A stretch of 64,000 nt of DNA from Halarcobacter sp. (GTDB lineage: Bacteria; Campylobacterota; Campylobacteria; Campylobacterales; Arcobacteraceae), in NCBI GenBank assembly GCA_048571215.1, contig CP182352.1, positions 2,112,001 to 2,176,000 of the forward strand, written 5' to 3'. Of this stretch, positions 11,616 to 20,733 are shown in pieces. Position numbers and translations under genes: made by a program. Each line of letters starts with the position of its first letter. Within the stretch, counting starts at the first letter, position 1. A model generated the notes under the pieces. The model worked only from the letters and a program-made list of their open reading frames with translations, had not been told where the DNA came from and ran no database searches.

Positions 11616-12682
11616 TATGTCCTATTCTTCTTTCTATAAATAAAATATGAGATTACATACCAAAAAAACATTGGTATTAACATCAGCAATTCAGGCTGTG
11701 AAACACCACTAGCTGAAAACTTATGTAGCATAAAAAACACCCCCCAAATAACTAATGTACCAAATATAGAAAATGAGGTAAAAGTTCCTATATTAAAAAA
11801 TCTTCGATTATTTGAGGTATAAATAAAAATAAGCATAATCAAAGGTATCACAAAAAAAGGAATAATTAAATCATAATAAATTGCCGCTCTAATTCTATCT
11901 GTATTCACCTCTTGTTTTGAAAGTAACATTAAAGCAGAAACAGCATCCAGTATAGAAAATGTTGATCTTTCTTCATATACACTATCTAAAATTTTTGGTT
12001 TAAAGCCTTCTAGTGTGTTTAGAAATTTCTCATATCTTACTTCTAGTTTTGAGCTATTGAAGTTTAATTCTTTTGGTTTTGTAACAATTTTTGCATCAAC
12101 CACATACCATTTATCATTTTGAAAATAAGCTTTTTTGGCAATTATCGTTTCAATAATATCACCATCATTTATCTTGTAGATATGGATTCCTTCTGCTTGT
12201 TTTTGCAAAGGTAATAGCTTTTTAAAATATATAAAATTGTCATTATATTTTAAAAAAATATCAGACTTTGTATTTGTAAAATAATTTCCATCAAGTATTT
12301 TTACCTTTTGCTCATAGGAATAAGCTAAGGGAGTCATCTGTATTGAAATTAATAAAACTAATAAAAGTAAAGAGATATAAATAACAGGAGAATAGATATT
12401 ATATCTTTTTGCGCCAAGAGAAGAAAATGCCACAAGTTCATTATTTCTTACAAAGATTACTAAAGTTACTATCCAAGCAAAAACCAAGCTAAGTGGCAAA
12501 GCTAAAGTAAGTGTGAAAAAGCTATTGTACATTAGGTAAAGTAGTTGTAAGTTAGCTGAGTTAGGTAATTCTTTTACATTTTGAAAAAAATCCATCCCTA
12601 CAAAAAAAAGCTGCAGTGAGATTAAAATAACAAGAAAATTAATAAGATACTTTTTTAAAATATATTTAGTTAATATGCTCAT
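11615..12682 (-). CDS. LPS export permease, LptF/LptG family
   Basis: Three N-terminal TM helices, NELVAFSSLG, periplasmic beta region, three C-terminal TM helices. Confidence 0.88.
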   Translation of the reverse strand: MSILTKYILKKYLINFLVILISLQLFFVGMDFFQNVKELPNSANLQLLYLMYNSFFTLTLALPLSLVFAWIVTLVIFVRNNELVAFSSLGAKRYNIYSPVIYISLLLLVLLISIQMTPLAYSYEQKVKILDGNYFTNTKSDIFLKYNDNFIYFKKLLPLQKQAEGIHIYKINDGDIIETIIAKKAYFQNDKWYVVDAKIVTKPKELNFNSSKLEVRYEKFLNTLEGFKPKILDSVYEERSTFSILDAVSALMLLSKQEVNTDRIRAAIYYDLIIPFFVIPLIMLIFIYTSNNRRFFNIGTFTSFSIFGTLVIWGVFFMLHKFSASGVSQPELLMLIPMFFWYVISYFIYRKKNRT

Positions 12683-12683
12683 A

Positions 12684-13235
12684 TCACTTCAGTGTAAACT
12701 TAGATTTCACAACATCAATTTCTTCACTTTTAAGTGCTTCTATTGCTTTAATTGTGTGAGTGATTATATCCTTTAATTTATTTAATTCCTCTTTTGAAAA
12801 GTTAGATAATACATAATTTACAACTTCACTCTTTTCAGTAGGTTTGCCAATACCTATTCTAACTCTTATATACTCTTTTCCAATATGTGAATCAATAGAT
12901 TTTAAACCATTGTGCCCTCCATGACCTCCACCTACTTTGAATTTTACAGTTCCAAAAGGCAAATCTAAGTCATCATGAATAACAATAATATTTTCTAATT
13001 CTATTTTATAATACTCTTTGATAGCAATTACTGCATCACCTGAGAGATTCATATAAGTTTTTGGTTTTACATAAAGATTATAGCCAGATTTAAAAACATC
13101 TGCTTTGAAGTTTGATTTATTTATATTTGAAGTAGTGAGGTTTTTTAGTATCTCATCGATAACTAAAAAACCTACATTGTGTCTAGTTAGATTGTATTTT
13201 TCACCAATATTACCTAAACCTACTATTAAGTGCAT
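12684..13235 (-). CDS. pth: Peptidyl-tRNA hydrolase
   Basis: VGLGNIG, TRHNVGF, YMNLSG, HDDLDL, GGHNGLKSI. Confidence 0.98.
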   Translation of the reverse strand: MHLIVGLGNIGEKYNLTRHNVGFLVIDEILKNLTTSNINKSNFKADVFKSGYNLYVKPKTYMNLSGDAVIAIKEYYKIELENIIVIHDDLDLPFGTVKFKVGGGHGGHNGLKSIDSHIGKEYIRVRIGIGKPTEKSEVVNYVLSNFSKEELNKLKDIITHTIKAIEALKSEEIDVVKSKFTLK

Positions 13236-13242
13236 GACTAAA

Positions 13243-13779
13243 TTATTTAGCTTTAATTACACCTACAACAGGAACTCTAGGATCTAAATAGCATGAAACA
13301 CCTTCTGGCATTTTAATATCTCTAATTAGAACATTGTCACCTGTATCAAGATCAGCAATTTGAATATGAAAAGATTCTGGTAAATTTTCAATTGTACATT
13401 TTACAGAAACTCTTTTCTTATGGAAAACAAATAGACCTTTGTTTTTAAGACCTTTTGGAGTACCTTCAACAGTTACTGGAACTTTATAGTTAGTTCTAAC
13501 ACCTGGTTGTGCAACCATTAAATCTACATGTAATAACTCAGAAGTAATAGGACCTTTTTGATACTCTTGAACTACTACTTTAAGTACATTATCACCAACT
13601 TTTACATCAAATGCAACAGAAGTTTTGTTTTTTAAAAATTTAATAAACTCATTTCTTTTAAATGCTGCGTTAATATTTTCTAAACCTTTTCCATAGATGT
13701 TTGCAATTAAGTAACCATCTCTTCTAAGAGATTTAGTTTCTTGTTTTGTCATACTATTTCTTACGATACCCTCTAACAT
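13243..13779 (-). CDS. rplY: 50S ribosomal protein L25/Ctc
   Basis: LRRDG..ANIYG, LLHVD; next to pth. Confidence 0.95.
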   Translation of the reverse strand: MLEGIVRNSMTKQETKSLRRDGYLIANIYGKGLENINAAFKRNEFIKFLKNKTSVAFDVKVGDNVLKVVVQEYQKGPITSELLHVDLMVAQPGVRTNYKVPVTVEGTPKGLKNKGLFVFHKKRVSVKCTIENLPESFHIQIADLDTGDNVLIRDIKMPEGVSCYLDPRVPVVGVIKAK

Positions 13780-13843
13780 AACTTTCCTTTGTTTTAAAAT
13801 AAGAGGCAGATTTTACTTAAAAAAAGCTAAATATTTGTTTAAA

Positions 13844-14221
13844 CTACCTTCTTTTATCAATATTTTTTATATAATAGTATAAAGACTTCAACTCTTCATC
13901 TGTTAGAAAATACGTTGGCATCACTTTTGATTCAGTTTTATCTGCAGTTAGTTTATCAATAAAGGTTTCAAAATCAACCTTATTTATAGCAGGAGCTATT
14001 ATGGATTTTTCTTCTAGTTTTTTACTCTTTGAACTTTTTTGTTTATATCTAGCTATAACAACCGGTTTATCACCTTTTTCATGACATTTTACACACCCTA
14101 CACCCCTTGGGTTTTCATATAACATTGCGCCATACTCAAACCTTGTTATAAATGAGTTATCAATCTGTTGTTGTGAAAATAAATAAGTTATTGAAAATAA
14201 GATAAAAAAAAGGTATTTCAA
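13844..14221 (-). CDS. Periplasmic monoheme c-type cytochrome
   Basis: Signal peptide, CVKCH heme motif, distal VMP. Confidence 0.85.
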   Translation of the reverse strand: MKYLFFILFSITYLFSQQQIDNSFITRFEYGAMLYENPRGVGCVKCHEKGDKPVVIARYKQKSSKSKKLEEKSIIAPAINKVDFETFIDKLTADKTESKVMPTYFLTDEELKSLYYYIKNIDKRR

Positions 14222-14294
14222 TCTTAACCTTTATGTAAAAAATTTTTAGATATTATAGCAAGCTAAAATTAAAAAAATATGAGGCTACAAAGCA

Positions 14295-15155
14295 ATGACA
14301 ATACTAGATGGTAAAGCATTATCAGATAAAGTAAAAGAAGAAGTTAAAGTTGAAGTAGAGCAACTTCAAAAAGATAAACAAATCACTCCAGGCTTGGCGG
14401 TTATTTTAGTAGGAAATGATGCGGCAAGTGCAACATATGTGGGTATGAAAGCAAAATCATGTAAAAATGCAGGAATATATTCTGTAGTTCATGAGATGCC
14501 TGAGACTATCAGCCAAGATGAGATATTAGGGATTATTGATAGAATGAATAAAAACCCAAGTTTAGATGGTATCTTAGTTCAATTACCACTACCAAAACAA
14601 ATTGATACTACAACTATTCTTGAAGCTATTGATCCACTAAAAGATGTAGATGGATTCCACCCATACAATGTTGGAAGAATGGTTTCTAATCTTGATGCCT
14701 TTTTACCTGCAACTCCATTTGGTGTTATGAAATTACTTGAAGAGTACAAAATTAACGTAGTTGGAAAAAATGTATGTATTATTGGTGCATCTGACATAGT
14801 TGGAAAACCAATGGCTGCATTGATGATAAATGCAAAAGCAACTGTTGAAGTTTGTAATTCTAAAACAAAAGATTTAAAAGCACACACTTTAAATGCAGAT
14901 ATCTTAATAGTTGCAGCAGGTCGTGTAAATCTTATCACAGAAGATATGGTAAAAGATGATGCAATCGTTATTGATGTTGGTATCAATAGACTTGATACTG
15001 GTAAATTAGTTGGAGATGTTGACTTTGAATCTTGTAAAGATAAATGTTCATATATCACTCCTGTTCCTGGTGGGGTAGGACCAATGACTATTGCAATGCT
15101 TTTAAAAAACACCCTTAAAGCTGCAAAATTAAGAGAAGTAAGAGAATCAAAATAA
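14295..15155 (+). CDS. folD: Methylenetetrahydrofolate dehydrogenase/cyclohydrolase
   Basis: GILVQLPLP, KDVDGFH, TPVPGGVGPMT. Confidence 0.98.
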   Translation: MTILDGKALSDKVKEEVKVEVEQLQKDKQITPGLAVILVGNDAASATYVGMKAKSCKNAGIYSVVHEMPETISQDEILGIIDRMNKNPSLDGILVQLPLPKQIDTTTILEAIDPLKDVDGFHPYNVGRMVSNLDAFLPATPFGVMKLLEEYKINVVGKNVCIIGASDIVGKPMAALMINAKATVEVCNSKTKDLKAHTLNADILIVAAGRVNLITEDMVKDDAIVIDVGINRLDTGKLVGDVDFESCKDKCSYITPVPGGVGPMTIAMLLKNTLKAAKLREVRESK

Positions 15156-15156
15156 A

Positions 15157-15942
15157 ATGTTAAAAAAAATATACAACTGGTCATCTTCATGGACTGGTAC
15201 AATTGTAATTGTTCTAACAATTATCTTTTTTATTGCGCAAGCATTTGTTATTCCTAGTGGGAGTATGAAAAATACTCTTCTAATTGGAGATATGCTTTTT
15301 ATTAAAAAGTTTTCATATGGGATTCCAGTTCCTAGAATACCTTGGATAGAAGTTAAAGTGCTTCCTGATTTTAATGGAAATGGACACTTAATAGAAGGAC
15401 CTAAACCACAAAGGGGTGACATAGTTGTATTTAGGTATCCAAAAAATGATTCAATACATTATGTAAAAAGATGTGTTGCAACAGGTGGTGATATTGTAGC
15501 TTTAAAAGATAAACATCTAATTTTGCACCCAAAAGAGGGAAATGATTTTGTAAAAGCAAACTATCCAAAAGAGAATATTATTGAAAGTGGTGGAAAACTT
15601 TGGGTTGTAGATCCATATAGAAAAGAACATCCAGGTATTCATAATGACCCAAGTGTTACAAGAGATGGGCTTCAACCATATCAATTATTTGATATGTTAC
15701 CTATTCAAATCCCAGAAGGGGAGTTTTTTATGATGGGTGATAATAGAGACCACTCAAATGACTCAAGATTTTGGGGAACAGTTGAATATAAATATATAGT
15801 TGGAACACCATGGTTTATCTACTTTTCATGGAATGAAAACAAAGAGATTAGATGGGATAGAGTTTTTAGAAGTGTTAAATCTATTGAAAAAGATATGAAT
15901 GGTAAAAAAATCGAAATAAATCATAAAGAGGGAATTTATTAA
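15157..15942 (+). CDS. lepB: Signal peptidase I
   Basis: IPSGSM (catalytic Ser), YVKRC (Lys), MGDNRDHSNDSRFWG. Confidence 0.97.
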   Translation: MLKKIYNWSSSWTGTIVIVLTIIFFIAQAFVIPSGSMKNTLLIGDMLFIKKFSYGIPVPRIPWIEVKVLPDFNGNGHLIEGPKPQRGDIVVFRYPKNDSIHYVKRCVATGGDIVALKDKHLILHPKEGNDFVKANYPKENIIESGGKLWVVDPYRKEHPGIHNDPSVTRDGLQPYQLFDMLPIQIPEGEFFMMGDNRDHSNDSRFWGTVEYKYIVGTPWFIYFSWNENKEIRWDRVFRSVKSIEKDMNGKKIEINHKEGIY

Positions 15943-16391
15943 TGAAATATTTTATTGGAGCAGATCACGCTGGTATAAATATAAAAGCATATGTAAAAGA
16001 GCTATTTGAAGCTAGAGGTCACGAAGTTATAGACTTAGGACCAAATACAAAAGATAGAGTAGATTATCCAGATTTTGCAGCAAAAGTTTGTAAAGAAGTA
16101 CTTTCAAATGAAGGAAGTAAAGGGATTTTAATCTGTGGTTCAGGAATAGGTATGTCTATGGCAGCAAATAAATTTGATGGTATTAGAGCTGCACTTTGTC
16201 ACAATGAATACTCTGCAAAAATGGCAAGAGAACACAACGATGCAAATGTTATTTGTCTAGGGGAAAGAGTTTCAGGCTATGGTATGGTTGAAGCGATTAT
16301 TGAAGCTTGGGACAAAGCCTCTTTTGAGGGTGGAAGACATGAAGGTAGAGTTGAAAAGATAAATAATCTTTTTGGAAGCTGTAGAGCTTAA
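15942..16391 (+). CDS. rpiB: Ribose-5-phosphate isomerase B
   Basis: DHAG, ICGSGIGMSMAANK, HNDANV, FEGGRH. Confidence 0.97.
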   Translation: MKYFIGADHAGINIKAYVKELFEARGHEVIDLGPNTKDRVDYPDFAAKVCKEVLSNEGSKGILICGSGIGMSMAANKFDGIRAALCHNEYSAKMAREHNDANVICLGERVSGYGMVEAIIEAWDKASFEGGRHEGRVEKINNLFGSCRA

Positions 16392-16410
16392 TCCCTAAAG
16401 AGACTTGAAA

Positions 16411-16833
16411 TTATCTTTCAAGTCTCATCATGACCCCATCCTCATCACCATAATAAGCCTCTAAATTTTTATATATCTTAAAGCCAAACTTTTCGTATAA
16501 CTTAATAGCTTTTTTATTTGATTTTCTAACTTCTAATTGCATATTTTTAGATTCAAGATTTTCTAAACTATATTCAAGAAGTTTTGAAGCAATACCCAAA
16601 GCCCTATACTGAACTAAAACAGCAAGGGAATACAATCTAAAAAAATCTTTTCTTTCTAACCATAAAATATATGCAACAATTTTTTCATCAATAACAACTT
16701 TATATATAAAATTTGTATTTATATGATAATAAAATCCACTAAGACCGATAGCCATACAATCATTTTTAAATACTTTATTTTCTAAATCAAAAAGCTCTTT
16801 TGCATCACTTTTGACTGCTTTAGTTATTTTCAT
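16411..16833 (-). CDS. GNAT acetyltransferase (RimI-like)
   Basis: YRALGIASKLL, LEVRKSNKKAIKLYEKFGF. Confidence 0.85.
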   Translation of the reverse strand: MKITKAVKSDAKELFDLENKVFKNDCMAIGLSGFYYHINTNFIYKVVIDEKIVAYILWLERKDFFRLYSLAVLVQYRALGIASKLLEYSLENLESKNMQLEVRKSNKKAIKLYEKFGFKIYKNLEAYYGDEDGVMMRLER

Positions 16834-17810
16834 TTTTGATAAATTGTATATTTAGGAACTAACTTATTAGGTCTATATGACATTTTTACTTTTTTAAGAT
16901 TTTCAAATCCCATATCATCTCCCACATTTATATACTCAACACTATACCTATCTTTTAAAATTTTTGTAAACTCTCGAAAAATAAACTGAGCACAACCCAA
17001 TACTTCAAAATCAGTTTTTTCTATAATAACACTTGCTGTTTGCTCGTTGATTTTTTCTCCTACTGTGAAACCTTTTAATTCATTATCAATATAAATAACT
17101 AAACCTACAATATCAAGGTTCTCATAGTCATTTACAAGCCTTTTAATTGCAAATCTTTCAAAATATATTCCATCTAAAAAGATTTCAACCTCCTCTTTTG
17201 GCATATAAGTGGTTCTATCTTTTACCCACTTATTAAAAAGTCCCAACACTTCATTTCCATGTTTAGATTTATCTAAAACTTCAATTCTATGCTCTGGATA
17301 TATTTTTTTAAATTTATTTATTTCATTTCTTTTTGATTTATAAGAATCCCCTTTTAAATCAATCAAATCATCAACTTTGTATATATAATCCACAAGTTTT
17401 TTCTCAATAATAAAATCTTTTAACATCTCATAGATTAAAGTCCCCTCCTCTAAATAATCAACAAAACCTTCAAGAATATCTTCATGAACATACTCAATTT
17501 TTGAATAATTTTTATTACTATTGTGAGCATTCATTATCTCAAAACAATTAATTATCGCTTCGTAGGTATTCTCTTTTTTTCCAATTGGTGGCAAAAGCAT
17601 AGTTAACTCACCAGAATTAAGAATAAATAAACAAAAAGTTTCATTTACTATTGTATAAAATCCTGTTGCAGTTGAAAGCCAAATATAGTTTCCTGCAAAA
17701 GTATAATCACTCACATCTACATTTATCAGTTTTAGATACTTATTCATAGTATCCCTAGCATTTAAATCAAAATGCTTTAAAGTATAGTTGCTTATTGTCA
17801 ATGTTGACAT
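16830..17810 (-). CDS. DUF2156 protein (stand-alone MprF/LPG-synthase C-terminal-like, tRNA-dependent aminoacyl transferase fold)
   Basis: DYIY..DDL..LKG...KRNEINKF, IIEKTD, YINVGDDMG...L.K.KMSYRP. Confidence 0.8.
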   Translation of the reverse strand: MSTLTISNYTLKHFDLNARDTMNKYLKLINVDVSDYTFAGNYIWLSTATGFYTIVNETFCLFILNSGELTMLLPPIGKKENTYEAIINCFEIMNAHNSNKNYSKIEYVHEDILEGFVDYLEEGTLIYEMLKDFIIEKKLVDYIYKVDDLIDLKGDSYKSKRNEINKFKKIYPEHRIEVLDKSKHGNEVLGLFNKWVKDRTTYMPKEEVEIFLDGIYFERFAIKRLVNDYENLDIVGLVIYIDNELKGFTVGEKINEQTASVIIEKTDFEVLGCAQFIFREFTKILKDRYSVEYINVGDDMGFENLKKVKMSYRPNKLVPKYTIYQK

Positions 17811-17948
17811 TTAAATCTTTTCCTTATATTAAATATTTTCGCAATTATACATCCAATTTTCAATTTTGCGTCAAAAAGAAAAAAATTTTATACTAAGCAC
17901 CTATTTATCAATATTATGGGATAATCAAATCAAAAAAAAGAAAAGATT

Positions 17949-18065
17949 ATGAGAGAAGATTGGCTTGCTTATGTAGTAGTTTTAAGTGTTGTTGCCCTAA
18001 TGATACTTGGAAAAAAGATGATGTTCTTTCATGATGATTCAAATGACAAAAAAGAGGATAAATGA
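17949..18065 (+). CDS. Unannotated 38-aa single-TM small protein
   Basis: Manual translation MREDWLAYVVVLSVVALMILGKKMMFFHDDSNDKKEDK; its TGA overlaps the next ATG (ATGA at 18062-18065). Confidence 0.65.
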   Translation: MREDWLAYVVVLSVVALMILGKKMMFFHDDSNDKKEDK

Positions 18066-19288
18066 TAAATCCAAAAATAATTGATTATATATTTTCTTCT
18101 GCTTCAATTCAACGATGGAATGATTATCCAAGAATGGTTGAACTTGTAGAACTTGATAAACAAGCCCATAAATTTATAATCGCATATTTTATAGCAAAAC
18201 TTGAAAAAGATGTAAACTTTACCCACCTAATAGAAGCTGGGATTTTTGAATTTTTAAGACGTGTAGTAGTAACAGATATACGACCAGATGTATTTAGAAA
18301 TGCTTTAAAGAAAAAAGAAAAAGAGATAAATACTTGGGTTATAAGTAATCTAGAAAAATCCCTAAAAGATATTGATGATGGTATTTTTCTTCAAAAATTT
18401 GAAGATTATCTAAATAACCCAGAGATGTACAAAAAAGAGAGATTTATTTTAAAAGCTGCTTCATATCTATCGACAAAATGGGAGTTTTCTATAGTATATC
18501 AAACCTCTAAATTTTTATCTGATATTGAAGAGGTTAAAAAAAGTGTTGAAGAGGAGATTGAAGACTATTATGAGCTAATAGGAGTACGAAAAATTGCTCT
18601 AAATAAAAAATTAGCAAAAGTGGTTGACCTAAGTGGAAGACTTAGATTTCAAAAAAGATGGGCACAAACTCCAAGAATCCCAGAAACTTCAGTACTAGGA
18701 CATATGCTCACCGTTGCAGTTTTTTCTTACTTTTACTCACTTAAGGTAAATGCTTGTAAAAAAAGATTAGAAAACAACTTTTTTGTATCACTATTCCATG
18801 ATTTACCAGAAGCCCTTACAAGGGATATTATAACTCCTGTAAAATATAGCGTAGATAAATTATCAGAAATAATAGCAGAATATGAAATCAAAAAAATAAA
18901 TGAAGAGATTCTACCAAACTTGCCAGAATCAATCCATGATGAGTTTTGTTACTACCTTGGCTTATATGATGGCATAAAAGATGAGTTTTTAAATAAAATC
19001 TATGTGGATAAAATAGAAGTTGTAGATGATATTTCTAAATACAATATGGATAAATATAATCCAATAGATGGGAAAGCATTAAAACAATGCGACAAACTCT
19101 CAGCCTTTGTTGAAGCCTCTTTATCAATCTCTCATGGTATAAAATCAAAAGAGTTAGTAAATGGTAAAAAACAGATTATGAAATCTCTAAAAGAGGTACA
19201 AGATGTGGACTTTTTAGCACTGGCAAAACAAATAGATGAAGAGTTTTGTACAACAGGACAAACCCAAGTTAGAATGGATTTTGATTAA
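18062..19288 (+). CDS. Tandem HD-domain phosphohydrolase (YfbR-like)
   Basis: Two repeats (IQRWND... and FQKRW...ETSVLGH, LFHDLPEALTRDI, CDKL). Confidence 0.8.
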   Translation: MINPKIIDYIFSSASIQRWNDYPRMVELVELDKQAHKFIIAYFIAKLEKDVNFTHLIEAGIFEFLRRVVVTDIRPDVFRNALKKKEKEINTWVISNLEKSLKDIDDGIFLQKFEDYLNNPEMYKKERFILKAASYLSTKWEFSIVYQTSKFLSDIEEVKKSVEEEIEDYYELIGVRKIALNKKLAKVVDLSGRLRFQKRWAQTPRIPETSVLGHMLTVAVFSYFYSLKVNACKKRLENNFFVSLFHDLPEALTRDIITPVKYSVDKLSEIIAEYEIKKINEEILPNLPESIHDEFCYYLGLYDGIKDEFLNKIYVDKIEVVDDISKYNMDKYNPIDGKALKQCDKLSAFVEASLSISHGIKSKELVNGKKQIMKSLKEVQDVDFLALAKQIDEEFCTTGQTQVRMDFD

Positions 19289-19305
19289 TCATCTTTTTAT
19301 CAAAT

Positions 19306-20637
19306 TTACATAAGAATTGTTTTTGCAAGATACAAAAAGATAAAAAAACCAAAGATATCAGTTGTTGTTGTAAGCAAAACAGAGGAAGCTATTGCTGGGT
19401 CTATTCCTATTCTTTTTAGGATCAAAGGTATAAAAGCTCCTACTGTTCCTGCAACTAAAAGATTAACATACATTGCAAGAGCGATTACTAAAGAGAGCAT
19501 CTTATCATCAAACCAAAAATAGGTTATACAAGATACAAGAATAGCTATTACTAAACCATTGATTAGGACAATTGATACTTCCCTTTTAAGTACACCAAAA
19601 ACCTTTGATAGTTCCACCTCTCCAAGGGCCAGTTTTCTTATTGTTACTGTCATTGCTTGCATACCTGCATTTCCACCTAAAGCTGCAACAAGAGGTAAAA
19701 GTGCAGCTAAGGCAATATATGAAGATATTGTATCTTTGAACTTATCTATTACAAACGAAGCGGTGATTATTGTTCCTAGATTTATAAACAACCAAAGTAG
19801 ACGCATCTTTTGAGCTGAGAAAAAACTCTCCTCCTCTGCTTCATCATCTACACCTGCTAATTTATATACTTGATCTGTATGAAGTCTTTGGGTTAACTCA
19901 TAAATATCATCATATAAAATCCGACCTATTAAAATTCCCTTTTCATCTACAACAGCAAGTACACTTAAATCGAACTCATTAAATAATCTAACCACTTCAT
20001 CCACATGGGTAGTAGGCTGAATACTCAAAGGTAGATGGGGTTTAAGTTCTTCTACAATCTCTTTGATAGTGGTATTATCCTCAAATAGTATCATATCAGA
20101 AAAATGTAAGGTAGCAACAAATTTATTGTGTTCATCAGTAACAAACAATTTGATAATATGACTACTCTCTTCCTCTTTTCTAAAAGTTCGTACACTATTT
20201 TTTACATCTTTTAAACTATCCAAAAAAGTTGCACAGAGTAACTCTTTTTGCATATAAGCACCTGCTTGAGTTTCATCATATGAAGATAGTTCCAAATACT
20301 CATCATGCTCTTTTTTATTCATAAGTTTATAAAGTTTTTTTGCATATTTTTCATCTAAATTTTCTAATCGTTGCAAAAAGTCAGTCATAATATCACTAGG
20401 AGTTTGTACTAAAGCTTTGTTTATTCTATGAACAGATAACCTATCAATAGCTTCTAAAAATGTCTCACTAGATAGTTCTAAAAAAAGTGAAATTAAATAC
20501 TTATCTTGAACTTTAACTAAGGTTGAAAAAAAAAGTCCAATATCTGTATCCAATAGCTCTTCAAGTTGCTTTGCCATGGTAGTTGGATTGAATTGTGGAA
20601 TTTGTGTTTTATTTTTATTATTTCTTTTTATTATCAT
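19306..20637 (-). CDS. mgtE: Magnesium transporter MgtE
   Basis: CBS pair, ALGGNAGMQA, GIDPAIASSVLLTTTTD. Confidence 0.93.
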   Translation of the reverse strand: MIIKRNNKNKTQIPQFNPTTMAKQLEELLDTDIGLFFSTLVKVQDKYLISLFLELSSETFLEAIDRLSVHRINKALVQTPSDIMTDFLQRLENLDEKYAKKLYKLMNKKEHDEYLELSSYDETQAGAYMQKELLCATFLDSLKDVKNSVRTFRKEEESSHIIKLFVTDEHNKFVATLHFSDMILFEDNTTIKEIVEELKPHLPLSIQPTTHVDEVVRLFNEFDLSVLAVVDEKGILIGRILYDDIYELTQRLHTDQVYKLAGVDDEAEEESFFSAQKMRLLWLFINLGTIITASFVIDKFKDTISSYIALAALLPLVAALGGNAGMQAMTVTIRKLALGEVELSKVFGVLKREVSIVLINGLVIAILVSCITYFWFDDKMLSLVIALAMYVNLLVAGTVGAFIPLILKRIGIDPAIASSVLLTTTTDIFGFFIFLYLAKTILM

Positions 20638-20733
20638 CTCATATTATCAATACATATTTAGATTTGGGCGATTATATATTATATTGATAACAATACTATT
20701 ACAAAAGTTTAAATATGGTTAAAATATAGCTTA

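Noticed and set aside
14579..15422. 213-aa and 91-aa minus-strand ORFs
   Set aside because: Antisense to folD and lepB; no motifs.
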